Part shown: positions 33,122 to 46,882 of the stretch, in pieces
Numbering within the stretch: position 1 is the stretch's first letter
Layout of the letters: each line of letters starts with the position of its first letter
NCBI GenBank assembly: GCA_001724265.1
Contig: MEDY01000012.1
Span: 186,001-249,426, forward strand
From: Rhizaria sp. SCN 62-66
Lineage: Eukaryota
DNA: 63,426 bases
Direction of reading: 5' to 3'
Position numbers and translations under genes: made by a program
Notes under the pieces: generated by a model
Told to the model about the DNA's origin: nothing
What the model saw: the letters and a program-made list of their open reading frames with translations, nothing else
Databases searched by the model: none

Positions 33122-36100
33122 TCCTCGAAGACAATGACCTGCTTGCCGCCCTCGACGAAATCGCCGGTGGTGAAGAGCACGGACTTGACCGTGCCGGCCT
33201 CGGCCGCGCGGAGCACGTGCTCCATCTTCATCGCCTCCATGATCACCAGGGGCTGGCCCTGCGCGACGACGTCGCCCGCCTTGACGTTGACCTTGACAAT
33301 CTTGCCCGCCATGGGCGCCACGGCGCCGTGGCCCGCGGCCAGGGACGCGCCGTACGCCTTGACGGGGAGGCGGAACGTCGAGTGCGAGCCGTGAGTGCCG
33401 TACACGTGTACCTCGTTGGTCGCAGCGTCGACAACGACATCGCCCTAAAGTGGACAAAATAACGCAAAAATGAATAGTAAGTAAAAATCGATGAGTTAGT
33501 TGCAATTTGTAAACAAATCATAGTTTGATTGAGAATTATCTAAAACCGAAACGCCTGGGCGAATTGAAAGAAAATAGTTTAAAGCTAATTGTTGGAGTGT
33601 GACGGACCTGCATCATGACGTCGCCGATGATGGCGACGGCGGAGCTGGCGGCGGTGAGGTCGCCGCGGACAGAGACCCAGGTCTTGCCGGCGTCGACGGA
33701 CATCTCGGTCACAATCGCGTTGGGCTTTGCCACGGAGCCGTGGGGCAGGTAGCGGGGCTGGCGGATCTGGACCTCGACGCTCGCCTTCTTGTCGCCAGTT
33801 CCCTGGGAGAAGCAAAGACAGGGAAAGGGTTCAACGACGGACAGGAAAAAGATGGACGTGAGAGCCGTGAACTCTTACATATAACAAGTAACGCAATTGA
33901 GATGTGTTGATCAAAGAATACTATTCACTGAGAATTTAGAATTTGTCATTAAACAAAAAAACTATGTTGTGAGATTGACATACCTGGCCGGCAACCTCGA
34001 GGGAGACCTTGCGGACGGGGGCATCGTTGTTGACGCGGAAGGTGTTACCATTGACGCCCCAGGGGCCGGTGGCCGCGGCGGGGGAGCCGGGGACGACGGC
34101 GGCGGCGGCGAGAGCAGCCTGTTCCTTGGCGAGGAGCGTGAAGGCGGCGAACATGGTGACCTCAGTCGCGGGGGCCTTGGGGACGGGGACGAGCGTGTCG
34201 AGGTACGTTGCGATGAACTTGGTGGTGACGCCGCCCTGCTTGAACGCCTCGTGCTCGATGACGTTGCGCGCGAAGGCGAGGTTGGTCGGGGGACCGACGA
34301 TCTGGTAGTCCTCGAGCGCAACGAGCATGCGCTTGAGGCACGACTCGCGGTCCGGGCCCCAGGTGACAAGCTTGGAGATCATGGGGTCGTAGAAGATCGA
34401 CACGTCGTCGCCCTGGCGCACGCCGGTCTCGACGCGGACGTCCGCGGCGAGCGCGGGCGCAGTCAGGTGGGTGAGCTTGCCCGTGCAGGGGAGGAAATTG
34501 TTGTGCGGGTTCTCAGCGTAGACGCGGAGCTCGAGCGCATGGCCCGTGGCCGTGACGGCGGACTGGTCACGGACGGGCAGGGGGAAGCCCGCAGCGACGT
34601 GGAGCTGCCACTGGACGAGGTCCTTCTGGACGATCATCTCGCTCACGCAGTGCTCGACCTGGAGTGTAATCATGCAGCAACAACAATTCATAGAAAACAA
34701 TGAGATAAGTGAGATTATGGAACTAGATTTGAGATTGTACAAAAGAAATCACATGCAAACAAGTAGAACAAACTGCACACATGTGAAATTTCTGCGTACC
34801 TGAAGGCGGGTGTTCATCTCCATGAAGAAGTACTCGTTGGTGTCGGCGTCGACGATGAACTCGACAGTGCCAGCACCGACGTAGCCGACGGCCTTAGCGG
34901 CGTCAACGGCGGACTTGCCCATCTGCGCGCGGAGCTCCTCGGTCATGCCGGGCGCGGGGGCCTCCTCGAGGACCTTCTGGTGGCGGCGCTGCACGGAGCA
35001 GTCGCGCTCGTAGAGGTGCAGCGCGTTGCCCTGCTTGTCGGCGAACACCTGCGGAGGAATAGCAGAGGCAAAAACAAATCAGCATGACAGCAAGATATTA
35101 GTGAGCAAAGTACATGTTCATACATGCATGAAAAAGACATCCCGGTCGTACTCAAAACAATGTGCAGAGAAACAAAGTCCACGGATCGTGCAAAAGATCT
35201 GAGAGATGGTTACGAACCTGGAACTCGACGTGGCGGGGGTTCTCGATGTAACGCTCGAGCAGGACGCGGTCGTCCTTGAAGGACGCGAGGGCCTCACGAC
35301 GGCAGCCCTCGAGGGCCTCCTCGAACTCGGCGGGGGAGCGCACGATACGCTGCGCGATACGCACGAGGCACGAGTCGGAACGAGGTAATGCAAGAAAAAA
35401 AAAAAAAAAAAAAAAAAAAAAAACAATGATAACATACATCAAGAACACAAGTATAATGGCCCCACATCATTTAGACTTGGATTAATAATATGATCTTCAT
35501 GGTGAAATCGATTGTGAGATATCGTTTGGAACCTACCATGCCCTTGCCACCGCCACCGAGGACGGCCTTAAGCATGATGGGGTAGCCGGTCTTGGCGGCC
35601 TCGGCGGCCAGGAACGCGGTGTCCTGGTTGTCACCGTGGTAACCGGGCACGCAGGGCACGCCGGCGTTGAGCATGATGTGCTTGGAAGCGGACTTGGAGC
35701 CCATGGCAGTGATGGCGGGGACGGGAGGACCGATGAACTCGATGCCGCTGTCGAAGCACGCCTTGGCAAAGCCGGCGTTCTCGGACAGGAAACCGTAGCC
35801 GGGGTGGATGGCCTGTGCACCGTGCTTCTTAGCGAGCTCGATGAGGTAGTCGCCGCGGAGGTAGGACAGCGCGGAGGGCGCGGGACCGATGTTGTAGGCC
35901 TCGTCGGCCATCTTGACGAACATCGAATTGGCGTCGGCGTCGGAGAAAACGGCAACAGTCTTGACGCCAAGCTCCTTGCACGTGCGGATCACGCGGCAAG
36001 CGATCTCACCACGGTTGGCAACTAAGTTGAAAGAAGGCAACGGCAGACACAAAGAACGACGAAGTGAGGGTAAGGAGGGCCAGTTTAAAAAGTAGTAAGA

Positions 36101-36631
36101 GAAAGTGATGATAATGGTGTGTGTCGTTGAATTGTAGCTATAGCGCACTATATAGTGCCATATCTACGATGAACCTAGAATAAACTGTTACAAAGTCGTG
36201 AACAAGGAGTTAAGACGATGTTAGAATGACGTACTGAGGATCTTGTCGAAGTTGCGGGGGAGGGCCTTGTCGACGTAGAGACCGCAGTTGGTGCGCTCAA
36301 TCTGAGGAGTCCAAGCGAGATCATTGGACTTGGGGGCCGTAGAGAACGGCACGGGGGCGGGCGCCGCAGCAGAAGACGAGAAGGCGACGGCGGGGGCAGC
36401 GGCGACGGGCGTGGCAGGGGCAGGAGTGGCAACGACAGGGCTGGCATTGTTAAGGCCCTTGGAAGAGAGAGGCGCGGAAGGAGCGGTCACGGAGACGGTC
36501 GCGGAGGCAGCGATGGGCGTGGAGAGAGCACGGGTGGACACGGCACGAGCGCAGACAGCAGAGACGACCGAGGACGTCACGGGCTTGACAGTGGCCGAGA
36601 TGAGGCGCTGAATCGACTTTGACGCGCGCAT
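33112..36631 (-). CDS. MCCC1: 3-methylcrotonyl-CoA carboxylase alpha (biotin) subunit; exons 36631-36235, 36021-35537, 35349-35218, 35048-34800, 34658-33984, 33802-33608, 33444-33112
   Basis: [62 protein letters not shown] and biotinyl EAMKME; long presequence; TAA stop. Confidence 0.9.
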
Positions 36632-37416
36632 CGTCGCACTAAAACAAGCCAAGGACACGATACCAAAATGAAATATTAAAAGAACCAAGTCAGATATCGC
36701 AGGAACTATGCAATAAATTTCATTTCAACAGCCATATCAAGCACGCATAATCACGAAACAACCCCGTCCGAGGAGGGTCTTTTCGTCACTCCGTCGGCCT
36801 TCCCATTGCTCGGTGACCGACCGCCAACCACGACTGTGAGGGCGCGAGCGAAAGTTCGCCAACCCACCGTGGACGAGCTAAAAATCGGGATGTAGCGAGA
36901 CGCATGTGGGTCTGTTTGAAACACGAATATGATTGAATAATAGATTTGTGCGAGGGCTATCCAGGTACAAGTTAGTTTACCGAATTGACGATGGTAATCC
37001 GGATTATGAGACTGCATTATCGCCTCACCGGATCTCTCCCAGAGTGAGTCGACCCAATCACTATCACCCACCACAACGCATGACGATGGTGGTCTAGACG
37101 ATATAACAGGGTGGTTCTGTGCCATAAGTGTTCTGATATATATGCTTGTGCTACTGTTGTTTCTGCCAGATATTGCCTACCCCCTGCTACCCTGTCCTCA
37201 GTAGCCTTCACTGACCAGGCTGACTCGTATTACCACAAGTCCATCCGTCCGTCTAGCGGCGCCGAGTCGCCTTCAGTTTGGAGTAAAGCAGAGGCAACAT
37301 GTCTATATTGCTCTCAAGTATCTCTATTCGCTGTTGTATGTACATAGTCTCACGTCTCCCTCTTCCTACATGTCCCATTGTCTCTCGCTCATCCCACCGC
37401 AGGCACTAGGTCTCCG

Positions 37417-39870
37417 ATGCCGGATAACACCCAGGCGCCTTCAGACGGTACGTGTATAGCAACAGCACGAACGCAACCGCGTGTATCTGACTTTTATCTT
37501 CTGCTCTACTTGCTTTGATTTGGATCCGCGACTATCTTGCCTTTAAAACGCACGCTAAGATAAGCCACTCTCTGTCTAATCAGTATCACACACACACTCA
37601 CTAACATGCATCGTGATCGTACTCTTTCTCATTCTATTATCCTGGTCGTGGTCATTCATGTTGTTTCATGTCCCCTCGTAGATTTGTTTGTGGCCCGCTC
37701 CGACAGCTACACGCTGCTCTCCGAGCTGGGCGCGGGCGCGACGTGCAAGGTCTACCGCGCGACGGCCACGCTCAAGGACGGCTCCACGGCCCCCGTGGCC
37801 GTCAAGGTCATGGACCTCAGCCAGACGGACGACTGGGACATGGTCTTCAAGGAGGTCTCGCTCATGCGCGGCATGAAGCACGAGAACCTGGTCAACATCA
37901 TCACGTGCTTCTGTGAGGGCGAGCAGCTCTGGATCGTCATGCCGCTGCTCTCCGCGGGCTCCATCCGCTCCGTGATGCAGGTCCTTGCGCCCAACGGCTT
38001 CACCAACGAGGGCGTCATTGCGAGCATCCTGGCGGGCGCGCTGGCCGGGCTGGTGTACATGCACAAGCACTCGTACATCCACCGCGACGTCAAGGCCGGC
38101 AACATCCTCCTCTCCAGCTCCGGCTCGCCCAAGCTGGCTGACTTTGGCGTCGCCGCGACGACGACGAGCTACGGCACCACGAAGCGCCACGCCCACACCT
38201 TCACGGGCACGCCCTGCTGGATGGCGCCTGAGGTCATCTCGCAGGACCAGGTACGTTCGCAACAAACAACAAAACGTGATATATATCCATCAAACCAAAG
38301 ACTCACTATCACATAAGCTGCAATTATAGTGCGTTTGTGCTGTGTTCCATCACTGTGTTAAATACTACTGTCGTAACATAACTTAATCTCATTTCACTTT
38401 GGTCATTCCTATTTTTCAACCTAACACCCTTGTTGTTGGTAACAGGACGGCTACAACACCGCCGCCGACATCTGGTCGCTGGGCATCACGGCGATGGAGC
38501 TGGCCTTCGGGCACCCGCCCTACGCCAAGATGCTGCCGCTCAAGGCCATGATGGCGACGATGGACTCAGACCCGCCGACTCCGGAAGTGTACAATGAGCC
38601 CGCACGCGTCAAGGAGATGAGCAAGGACTTCCGCAAGTTCATCGCGCGCACGATGCAGAAGGACCCCGCCAAGCGGCCCACGGCGGCCGAGCTGGTGTCC
38701 GACCCCTTCATCAAGAAGGCCCACGGCGCTGAGTACCTCGCCGAGCATCTCATCGCCAAGTACGTCTTCGTTGCACCAGCCGTAGCAATGACTTGCAGAA
38801 CACGAATGAATGTGTTTGACGTCGTATATACTTACTGGAGAAACACTGACATATGTGCCTGTATTGAATAATTTTAATATGTGTATGTGTTTTGCGTGTG
38901 ATCGGAGCCTAAATGTCTTAAATCCTATCAATACCTCACATTTCTGACACTTTTCTTTGCTTTGCATCCTGTCCCCAGGCTCCCCAGCGCGCATCTGAAC
39001 CCCGAGGTCAAGGGCGCACCGATCCAGCTCCCCACTGCGCCCAAGGCGACCGCGGATGACGCTAACGGCAGCAACGGCTCCGGCTTCTTCTTCGAGGACT
39101 TCCAGGCCGCTCGCGAGCAGCTGCTCAAGCAGCAGCAGGCGGCGCAGCAGGCGCAACCCGCCGCCGGCGGCGCTGCCGGTGACGCCGCGGCGTCGGCGGC
39201 GGCGTCGCCCGCGCAGGGCGCCGCAGGCGTCAGCGCCGCGGGCGCGGGCGCGGACGTGGCGACGACGCAGGCGATGCTGCAGCAGATGCAGATCAGCCCT
39301 CAGCAGCAGCAGATGCAGCAGCAGCAGCAGCTGTTGTTACAACAACAACAGCAGCAGCAGGCGCAGCTGCAGGCCCAAGCGCAGGCGCAGGCTCAGCAGG
39401 ATGCATACAACCAGCAGCAGCAGCAGTTGCTTCTTCAGCAGCAGCAACAGCAGCAGCAGCAGATGCTCCTGCTTCAGCAACAGCAGCAGCAGCAGCTCCA
39501 GCAGCAGCAGCAGCAGGATCCCGCCCTTGCGCTCCAGCAGCAGCAGTTGCTGTTGCAGCAGCAGCAACAGCAGCAGTACCTTGCGCAGCAGCAGGCCCAG
39601 CAGCAGGCGCAGCAGCAGCAGCAGCAGCTGTGCATCGACCCGTCGATGCTGGAGAAGGCCGGCGCGGCGATGGGCCAGATCCAGACGCAGCTGACGGCGC
39701 TGGCCGAGCGCGTGGCCACGACTACGGACCCCAACGAGCTCGCGATGCTGCAGCAGCACATCTCGCTGCTCCAGCAGCAGCTGCAGACGCACCAGAACGC
39801 GCTCCAGCTGCAGCTCCAGATCGCGGCGCAGCAGCAGCAGCTGCAGATGCTGCAGGCGCAGCAGTATGCG

Positions 39871-39903
<33 letters not shown>

Positions 39904-39962
39904 GTGCAACAGCAGCAGCTGACGCCGCAGCAGATCCAGTATCTGCAGCAGCAGCAGATGCT

Positions 39963-39998
<36 letters not shown>

Positions 39999-40011
39999 CC
40001 AGCAGCAGTAA
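37417..40011 (+). CDS. STE20-family (OSR1/SPAK/Fray-like) Ser/Thr kinase with polyQ tail; exons 37417-37447, 37682-38250, 38446-38759, 38979-40011
   Basis: GAGATCKV, VAVK, HRDVKAGNILL, LADFG, TFTGTPCWMAPE, DIWSLGITAMELAFGHPPY; TAA stop. The start is uncertain because an upstream acceptor lies at 37402. Confidence 0.88.
39301..40008 (+). repeat. CAG-rich coding repeat (polyglutamine)
   Basis: Many CAG runs with occasional CAA, in the kinase frame. Confidence 0.95.
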
Positions 40012-41372
40012 GCACCGCAAGTCCAAACGGGTGTCTCTGCTATCTGCTTTACGACCCGTATGTGGCTGTGTTGGTTTGCGTTGATGTATTTTTATTACTT
40101 TTTTTTGAAGTTTGTCTAGTCTGGTGTGTTGTGAATCTAGCACTCGCTTGGAAGTACAACAGAGCCAACTTGTAATTTTTGTCTTTGCAACCGCTTATTT
40201 TGTTTTCGTGCTTTGTGTTGCTTTTCAGTGTTGCCTTTTGATGTGTATCTACTGGTTTGCCGTTTGTACGACGTACGTGTATGTCTTGTTATGGGTTTTC
40301 ACATGCATGCATGTCTGTGGTGCTGGTTTGATTAGTCTCTTTTAGTTGAGGCTGTCCCCCCCTGGCACAGGCGAGGGAGAATCCATGGGCAACCATGCCC
40401 GCCGGTCGAAACGTGAACCATATATGCATGGAAGACAATCATTCGTCAGGTGAACGCGGTATTATTATCATCAAGTATATTTTCCTGGCTGTCTGTCTGT
40501 TTATGTATTTTGTAATGTCTATTCATAGTGTGTATAAGTTCAAAGTATAAGTAATAGTACACAAGTGCGTTTTGTGTGCGGCGACACTAGTGGACGGAGT
40601 ATCGCAGTCGCAGTGGTCACATTTTTGAAGACAGCGTGCTTGTGCACGTGTGTTGCTGCTTTATAACACAATAGGCGATCGTTGTTGCACGGTTGGGCTC
40701 GCTGGGTCTTAATCATAATCGCTGTGTTGCTCTTCTCGGCAACATTGCGACTTGCGCAAGCGATGTTAACACGCGCCTAGTACAGTGTAAGCCATACATA
40801 GGTTGGAGTAAATGAGTTCTCAAATAAAAAACAATCGTATAAAAAGACGCACCATAGTTTCAACTTGATTAACTTCGCTTCATGAAGCCTTACCCTGCAA
40901 AATGTGTTTTAACCACGATTGTTTTTTGTGCTCCGGTCAAGTGCCCATCCGGACAACGACGTAACTTGGTCAATCACCAAGGATATCTCGGCAGTACGTC
41001 TGTCAGTACTCGCAAATTATTCGTTAGTCAGCATTTAGACTGCTTGTTAATTCATGTTTAATATTCATTGCGTACTAGATGGCGTTTTTTCTGCGTTTGC
41101 ACTCGGAATGCTAGAGGTCTCTGAACTGGACCTTCGACGAATGCGTCATCGCGAAAATCACGATTTAAACCATGTTTGAGTCAGGTTTCATCAATTTAGT
41201 TGAAATACCCAGACTGCGCACATTACTTCAACTTGCATTGGCGCTGCTATTATTTCGTTAGACGATCAGCTCTGTTACTAAAACCATTTCTCATCCTGTC
41301 TCTTAAAACATCGCATCTCGTATGTCCTCTCCTGATGTTTAGACAGCCCCGCGCGGCTTTTCTCAGCTACCC

Positions 41373-43210
41373 ATGCCACCCAAGTCGTCTGCTCAGGCAG
41401 CTCCCCGCCCTCCGGAGACGGAGAAAGAGGCAAATCAGCGCGTCCTCAACGCCCTGAAGAAGTACTACGATGACACCATCAAGCCCCTCGAGAAAGCATA
41501 CCGCTTCGATGCGTTCCACTCACCGCCGCTGACTGCGGCCGACATCGACGCCGCGCCCATCGTCACGTTCATCGGCCCCTTCTCCACCGGCAAGTCGTCC
41601 GCGATCAAAAAGTTCCTTGAGCGCGAGCCGCCTGGCATGCATATCGCCCCCGAGCCCTCCACTGATCGGTACGCGAAACTCCTCATGATGCATAATTTAG
41701 TGAAATGATATATCGTTTAATCCACTCATCTTTCGGCGCCTCACCTAAACTCACTCTGATTTTGGTACGTTACTTTACCCAACGCAGCTTCATGGCGATC
41801 ATGTACGGTGAGCACGAGCGCGAGCTCCCCGGCAACGCGCTCGCGTCCATGGCCGAGATGCCTTTCCGAGGCACGCAGCAGTTCGGCATGGCGTTCCTGA
41901 ACCGCTTCGTGGGCGTCACGGTCAACAGCCCCATCCTCAAATCGCTCACGTTCATCGACACGCCCGGCGTGCTGTCGGGTGAGAAGCAGCGCGTACATCG
42001 CGCCTACGACTTCCCCCTCGTCATCGAGTGGTTTGCGGGCCGCTCCGACCGCATCCTCGTGCTGTTCGACGCGCACAAGCTCGACATCAGCGACGAGCTC
42101 AAGTCTGCGCTTGAGGCGCTCACCGGCAACGAAGACAAGGTCCGCGTGATCCTAAACAAGGCCGACCAGGTGACGGAGCAGCAGCTCATGCGTGTTTATG
42201 GCGCGCTCATGTGGTCGCTCGCGCGCGTCTTCAAGTTCCCCGAAGTCGTCCGCGTCTTCGTCGCGTCGCTGTGGGAGAAGCCCTATAAGAACAAGGGCAC
42301 CGAGGCTTTGCTGCGGGCCGAAGAGGAGGACCTGCTGGCCGACCTCCGCTCGCTGCCGCGCAACTCGATCATCCGCAAGGTCAACGAGATAGTCAAGCGC
42401 GCGCGCCAGGTCAAGGTGCACTCGCTCATCGTGAACCACATGCGCGAGCAGTTCGGCTTCTTCGGCAAGGCCGACACGCAGCGCAAGATGCTCGACGACC
42501 TCCCTGAGCAGTTCAAGCAGGTCATGCGCAAGTACGGCCTCTCGGTCGGCGACTTCCCCAACGTCGCGCGCTTCCGCGACGCCATCAAGGAGTTCCCCAT
42601 CCACGAGTTCCCCAAGCTCAACCCGAAGCAGATCGATGCGCTCGACAACGTGCTCGCGGTGTCCATTCCGGACCTGGTCAAAGTGCTCCCGGGCGACAGC
42701 AGCATCAACAACCGGCTGCCGCAGTACCCCGCCGGCGGCGCCGCTGGCCACATGCACGGCCTCGGACTCAACAAGGGCCTTGGGGGCGGTGACGGCAACA
42801 CGAACCAGGAGGAGGACGTCGAGGGCATGCCCAACGTGGCTGGGCAGGCCGGCGCCGCGGGCGGCGGGTTCAACCCCTTCGAGGACGACCCCGACCGCGC
42901 GGCGGTGAGCGTGCCGTGGGGCATCGACGCCAAGCTCGTCCGCGAGTACCACAACGACCTCTTCCAGATGCGCCTCATGAATGGCAAGCTCCCGGGCTCG
43001 GCAGCGCGCGAGCACTTCCTCGCCTCGGGGCTCACGATGAGCGAGCTTAAGCAGGTCTGGAACCTCTCCGACATCGACAAGGACGGCTACCTGGACCCCG
43101 ACGAGTTCGTCGTCGCGAGCTACCTTGTCGACCAGAAGCGCCGCTACGCCGTGCCGATTCCCACTGTGCTCGAGGAGAGTCTTGTGCCGCCGTCCAAGCG
43201 CAACCTCTAA
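41373..43210 (+). CDS. EHD1: EH-domain-containing dynamin-like ATPase (EHD/RME-1); exons 41373-41668, 41788-43210
   Basis: GPFSTGKS, APEPSTDRF, PGNAL, DTPGVLSGEKQR, FDAHKLDISDE, LNKAD, NPF and a C-terminal EH domain (WNLSDIDKDGYLD); TAA stop. Confidence 0.95.
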
Positions 43211-43647
43211 ACACTACGACTCGACAAATACGTCTGCGATTCAGATCTGCTGGTTTAAGCGGGGCATTCTGTGAGCAACTTGTCGGTTGTATATAAAATA
43301 TAGAGCTCGTGTAAATATACGTGTACATGTAAGGGTATGGGGGTTGATTTAGTTCTGATGTTGCCTTGATTGTTTTGTTCTTTAGTTTTCTTTTTTATTT
43401 CCTCCCTCTCTTTTAATTCTATTTTGGTTAAAATCAGTGTTGCGTGCGACACTTGTGAATAAACTGCTTGTTGCATGGCATTGATTAGAAAACCGGTGTA
43501 CATGTATTTTTGTAACTTACAGCTAAAGAACTACGTAAACATATTTGCAAGCAAGCAGCAAATCATAAATATGGCATTTGTGTTACCACGATCAGAGTGG
43601 CCTGAAGAGAGTATGTGATATATGCTTGTGTTGTGTCAACATGTTGA

Positions 43648-45978
43648 TCACTTGCGCTTGAGCCTCACGGCGTACTCAAACACCCCTTCGAGGACCGACT
43701 TGCTGAACCACAGTTCCATCGCGCTCACGACCTCGTCTGACACGGAGCTCTGCCCGGCCTCCTTGGCCAGCAGCGCCGTGCGCGCAAGCGCCTGCGCGTA
43801 CAGGCGGCTCGACTTGGCGGCGTCTGCGCTGCGGCCCGTACCTGCGCTGGAGAAGAGCTGCATCTTGCTCTCGAGACTCATCGCGAAGGCCACAGCGGCT
43901 GAGGCGTGCGAGCTCGCGACCGCGGCCCGCACCGCGGGACTCGCCGCCGCGCCCGTCTGCAGCACAAAGAGGTAATCCGCGAAGGCTGACACGGCGTAGA
44001 ACGGGTTGTTGGTGACCCACGCGCGCAGCTGCCGATCCGTGCGGGGGAGCTCGAACACACGCGCGCCGAACGCCACCGCGGCCTCAGCGGCGGCGGCCGC
44101 GTCGGCGGCGTGCCCGTTGCCGCCCTGTCGGGTCATCGAGGCCAGCAGCGCGGCCAGCGTCTGCAGCACGCGCTGCGCGGCGCGCGCGTCGGTCGTCTCG
44201 GCCGCAATGCTCGCGAGGTGTTTCAGAGCCGCAGCCGAGTCGCCGGCGCCCGCGTAGGCGCGCAGCGCGGCGACGTGCGTGTTCTGCGCGGGCTCCAGCT
44301 TCTGCTCGGTGAGCGCGCGCGTGAGCGTCGCGATGGCAAGGGTGAACTCCTTGCGGTCGATGTGCATGTTCATGAGGATGTTGATGGTGACGATGTCCTG
44401 CTGCACGCCCAGCGTCTGCATCGCCGTCGTGATCTCGTGCACGCGCTCAACGCTGCCGCCCGCGTGCAGCACCGACGCGATCATTGTGTTGAAGGACGAT
44501 GTCGACGCATTACCCGCCGCGACCTGGGCATTGATCACCGCGGGCATGGCGTCGATGCGGCCTTCTTTCTTCATCAACTGCAGGATCGTGCTCAGCGTCG
44601 CCGAGTCCGGCGCCACGCCGCGGGAGATCATGACGCGGTGCAGCGCCAGCGCCTTGTCGCGCTGCCCCGCCTGGTCGTACATCGTCATCAGCACGTTGTA
44701 CAGCGGGGAGCTGTCCGCGACGCCGACCTCGCCGCGCTGACACATACCCAGCAACTCGGCGGCCGAGTCGAGCGAGCCCGCCACGCAGAACAGCCGCATC
44801 GTGGCCGAGATCGTAAATGCGTCCACAGGCACGCCGAAGGCCGCGTAGGCCGCGCGCATCGCGCTGCGGCCCGTCAAATGCGACGCAACCTCCTGAATCG
44901 GGGTTGGGCATTTAAAAAAAAAAAAAAGAGATGATCATAGTTAGAAAAGATGAGCGTTGAGAAGAAAATATTGAAAATCCAAGAAAGCAATGGTGTTAAA
45001 AATAACATAGTTACAATGGTGTGAAAATGTAGAAGTTAAGCCACGTACGTGGTTGCTGCAGACCTCGATCGCGCGGCTCTCGACGACTTTCTCGACCTCC
45101 GCGATGAGCTTAGCGTATGCGGGCGCCGTGTCCTTAAATAGCACGTGCTGCAACGCGCGGCTCGTCGTCTCGGCCAGCGTCAGCCCGCAGAAGCCCTCGG
45201 GGAAGAAGCGCGGCGACGCCAGCAGCGCGGGGGTCTCGACGGTGTCAGCCAACGCGCCGAGGATCGAGTTAAGCGCCGAGGTGGGCAGCGCGTCTGTGAG
45301 CGAGGGCCAGTGCAGGAACAGGTACACGGCCCAGCCGACGCGGCCCGAGGAGCGCGCGCACTGGATGAAGGCGGCGTACGTGAGCGGCGGCAGCGTGACA
45401 CCGGCCGCCGAGAGCGAGAGGAATGAGTAGAAGATTTCCAGGTCCGTCGCGGTGTGCGTATCGAGCAGCTTCAGCAAGTCAATCGCGTTCAGCGCGACGT
45501 CGCGCGGGAAGAGTAGCAGCATGCGCTCGATGGCGACGGCGATGTTCTGGAAATCGCGGTCGGGGAGCGGGTGCGTCAGCCCTGACGGCGAGGGATACGG
45601 TGGCGCGAAGCCAGCGGCTGAGAGCGCGCGGCGGTACTGCGGGTAGGCGAAATTGCTGTCCCAAACGTCGGTCATGGCAAGGGGGGGCGTGGCGCTCGGT
45701 AAAGCGGCATAAGCAGCAGAGGACGTGGCGGTCGAGAAAGCGGCCGCAGCGGTTGTGTGAGTGACTGGCGCTCGCACCGCAGACACAGGCTGTGTTGTGG
45801 CAGCAGAAAGCGCGGGGAGCCGCTGCGAAGAGAAGGCACGGAGCTTGGGCGCAGTTAACGGGAGTGGCCGGCCAAAAACAGAGGAGAGAGACGACGCCAC
45901 GTGGAGTGGGGCTGAGACAAGGCTCTTGGACCGCAGCAACGACGCCAGAGGCCGAGTCAGACGGTTAATCTGACTCAT
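43648..45978 (-). CDS. Pentatricopeptide-repeat protein, probably mitochondrial; exons 45978-45049, 44892-43648
   Basis: ~35-aa repeats such as YNVLMTMYDQAGQRDKALALHRVMISRGVAPDSAT and DIVTINILMNMH; R/S/L-rich presequence; TGA stop. Confidence 0.85.
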
Positions 45979-46882
45979 ATGGGATCTAATAAAGCAAAAC
46001 AGCATAATACATAGATTTTTATCAGCTTATAGTCATCACATTGCTATTCAGCGGATGTAGAGAGCGTAGCATGATGGCTAAATTGAGCTTGCGGATCGTT
46101 GATGATAAGCAATCGGCCGTGGACCGAAAAACGTGCGATTGGAGACAGCAGTTAGCAACCAACTATCAATTATGAAGTGATAATGCTATAAGAGAGGATC
46201 ATATGTTGTCAAAGAGCTTGGAATACAAATATTTGTTTGTTTTTATTTTATATCTAATACATAAACTGGTCGTAGCTTGGTAACTAAGCAGTGAATACCC
46301 TTCTCTTGCGAAATCGTATTCTTGACTCTCAGACGATGCGCAACAAAGCTGGCTGCAAACGAATCTCGGTCGCGCCCACAGAGGATCGGACGTCTGCAAA
46401 CTTAGTTCAAGCAAAAGCGTTAGCCCCTGCTCGCGACGATGATCTCATAGACCGATGACTGAAGCGCACTGCTCCTGCAACGACACTGCTTGCCATTGAT
46501 TGTTCTCAACAACAACAGCGTGCTACTTCCAACAAAACGTACATAAATATACTGATATTAATTTCTTCTTGTTATGATTAATACAAATAGAACGCGTAGG
46601 ACAACGCTATAATACTGGTTTTGTTGCCCTAAACCACGCACACTCCGTCACAGCGTGACGGATGATGGTGACTTAAGGCGATTGTTGTGTTTAGTTTTTG
46701 TGGCGTTTTTGGCGTACTCCTACATGTCTTTGCTATTCTCAATATTATCACTCATAATATTATTACATATGGACTCTAAAATAACACTCTACTACAGCTA
46801 ATATGACTACAACAACAAACTACACGCTTCAAGCCGAGGCCTCGGCTTCGCAGCGCACGCGCTTCGCGACGACGACGCCCCC

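Noticed and set aside
35395-35423. Long A run (also ~44913-44926) as a retroposon tail
   Set aside because: These are intronic poly-T tracts on the coding strand, with no target-site duplication or element body.
40345-40420. GC-rich patch with small hairpins downstream of the kinase (possible ribozyme or tRNA fragment)
   Set aside because: No hammerhead CUGAUGA core, no cloverleaf or T-loop, and the stems are short enough to arise by chance.
41150-41170. CGCGAAAA and GATTTAAA words upstream of EHD and in the ELP3/CASTOR-like spacer as promoter elements
   Set aside because: Too short and too few occurrences to support without enrichment statistics.
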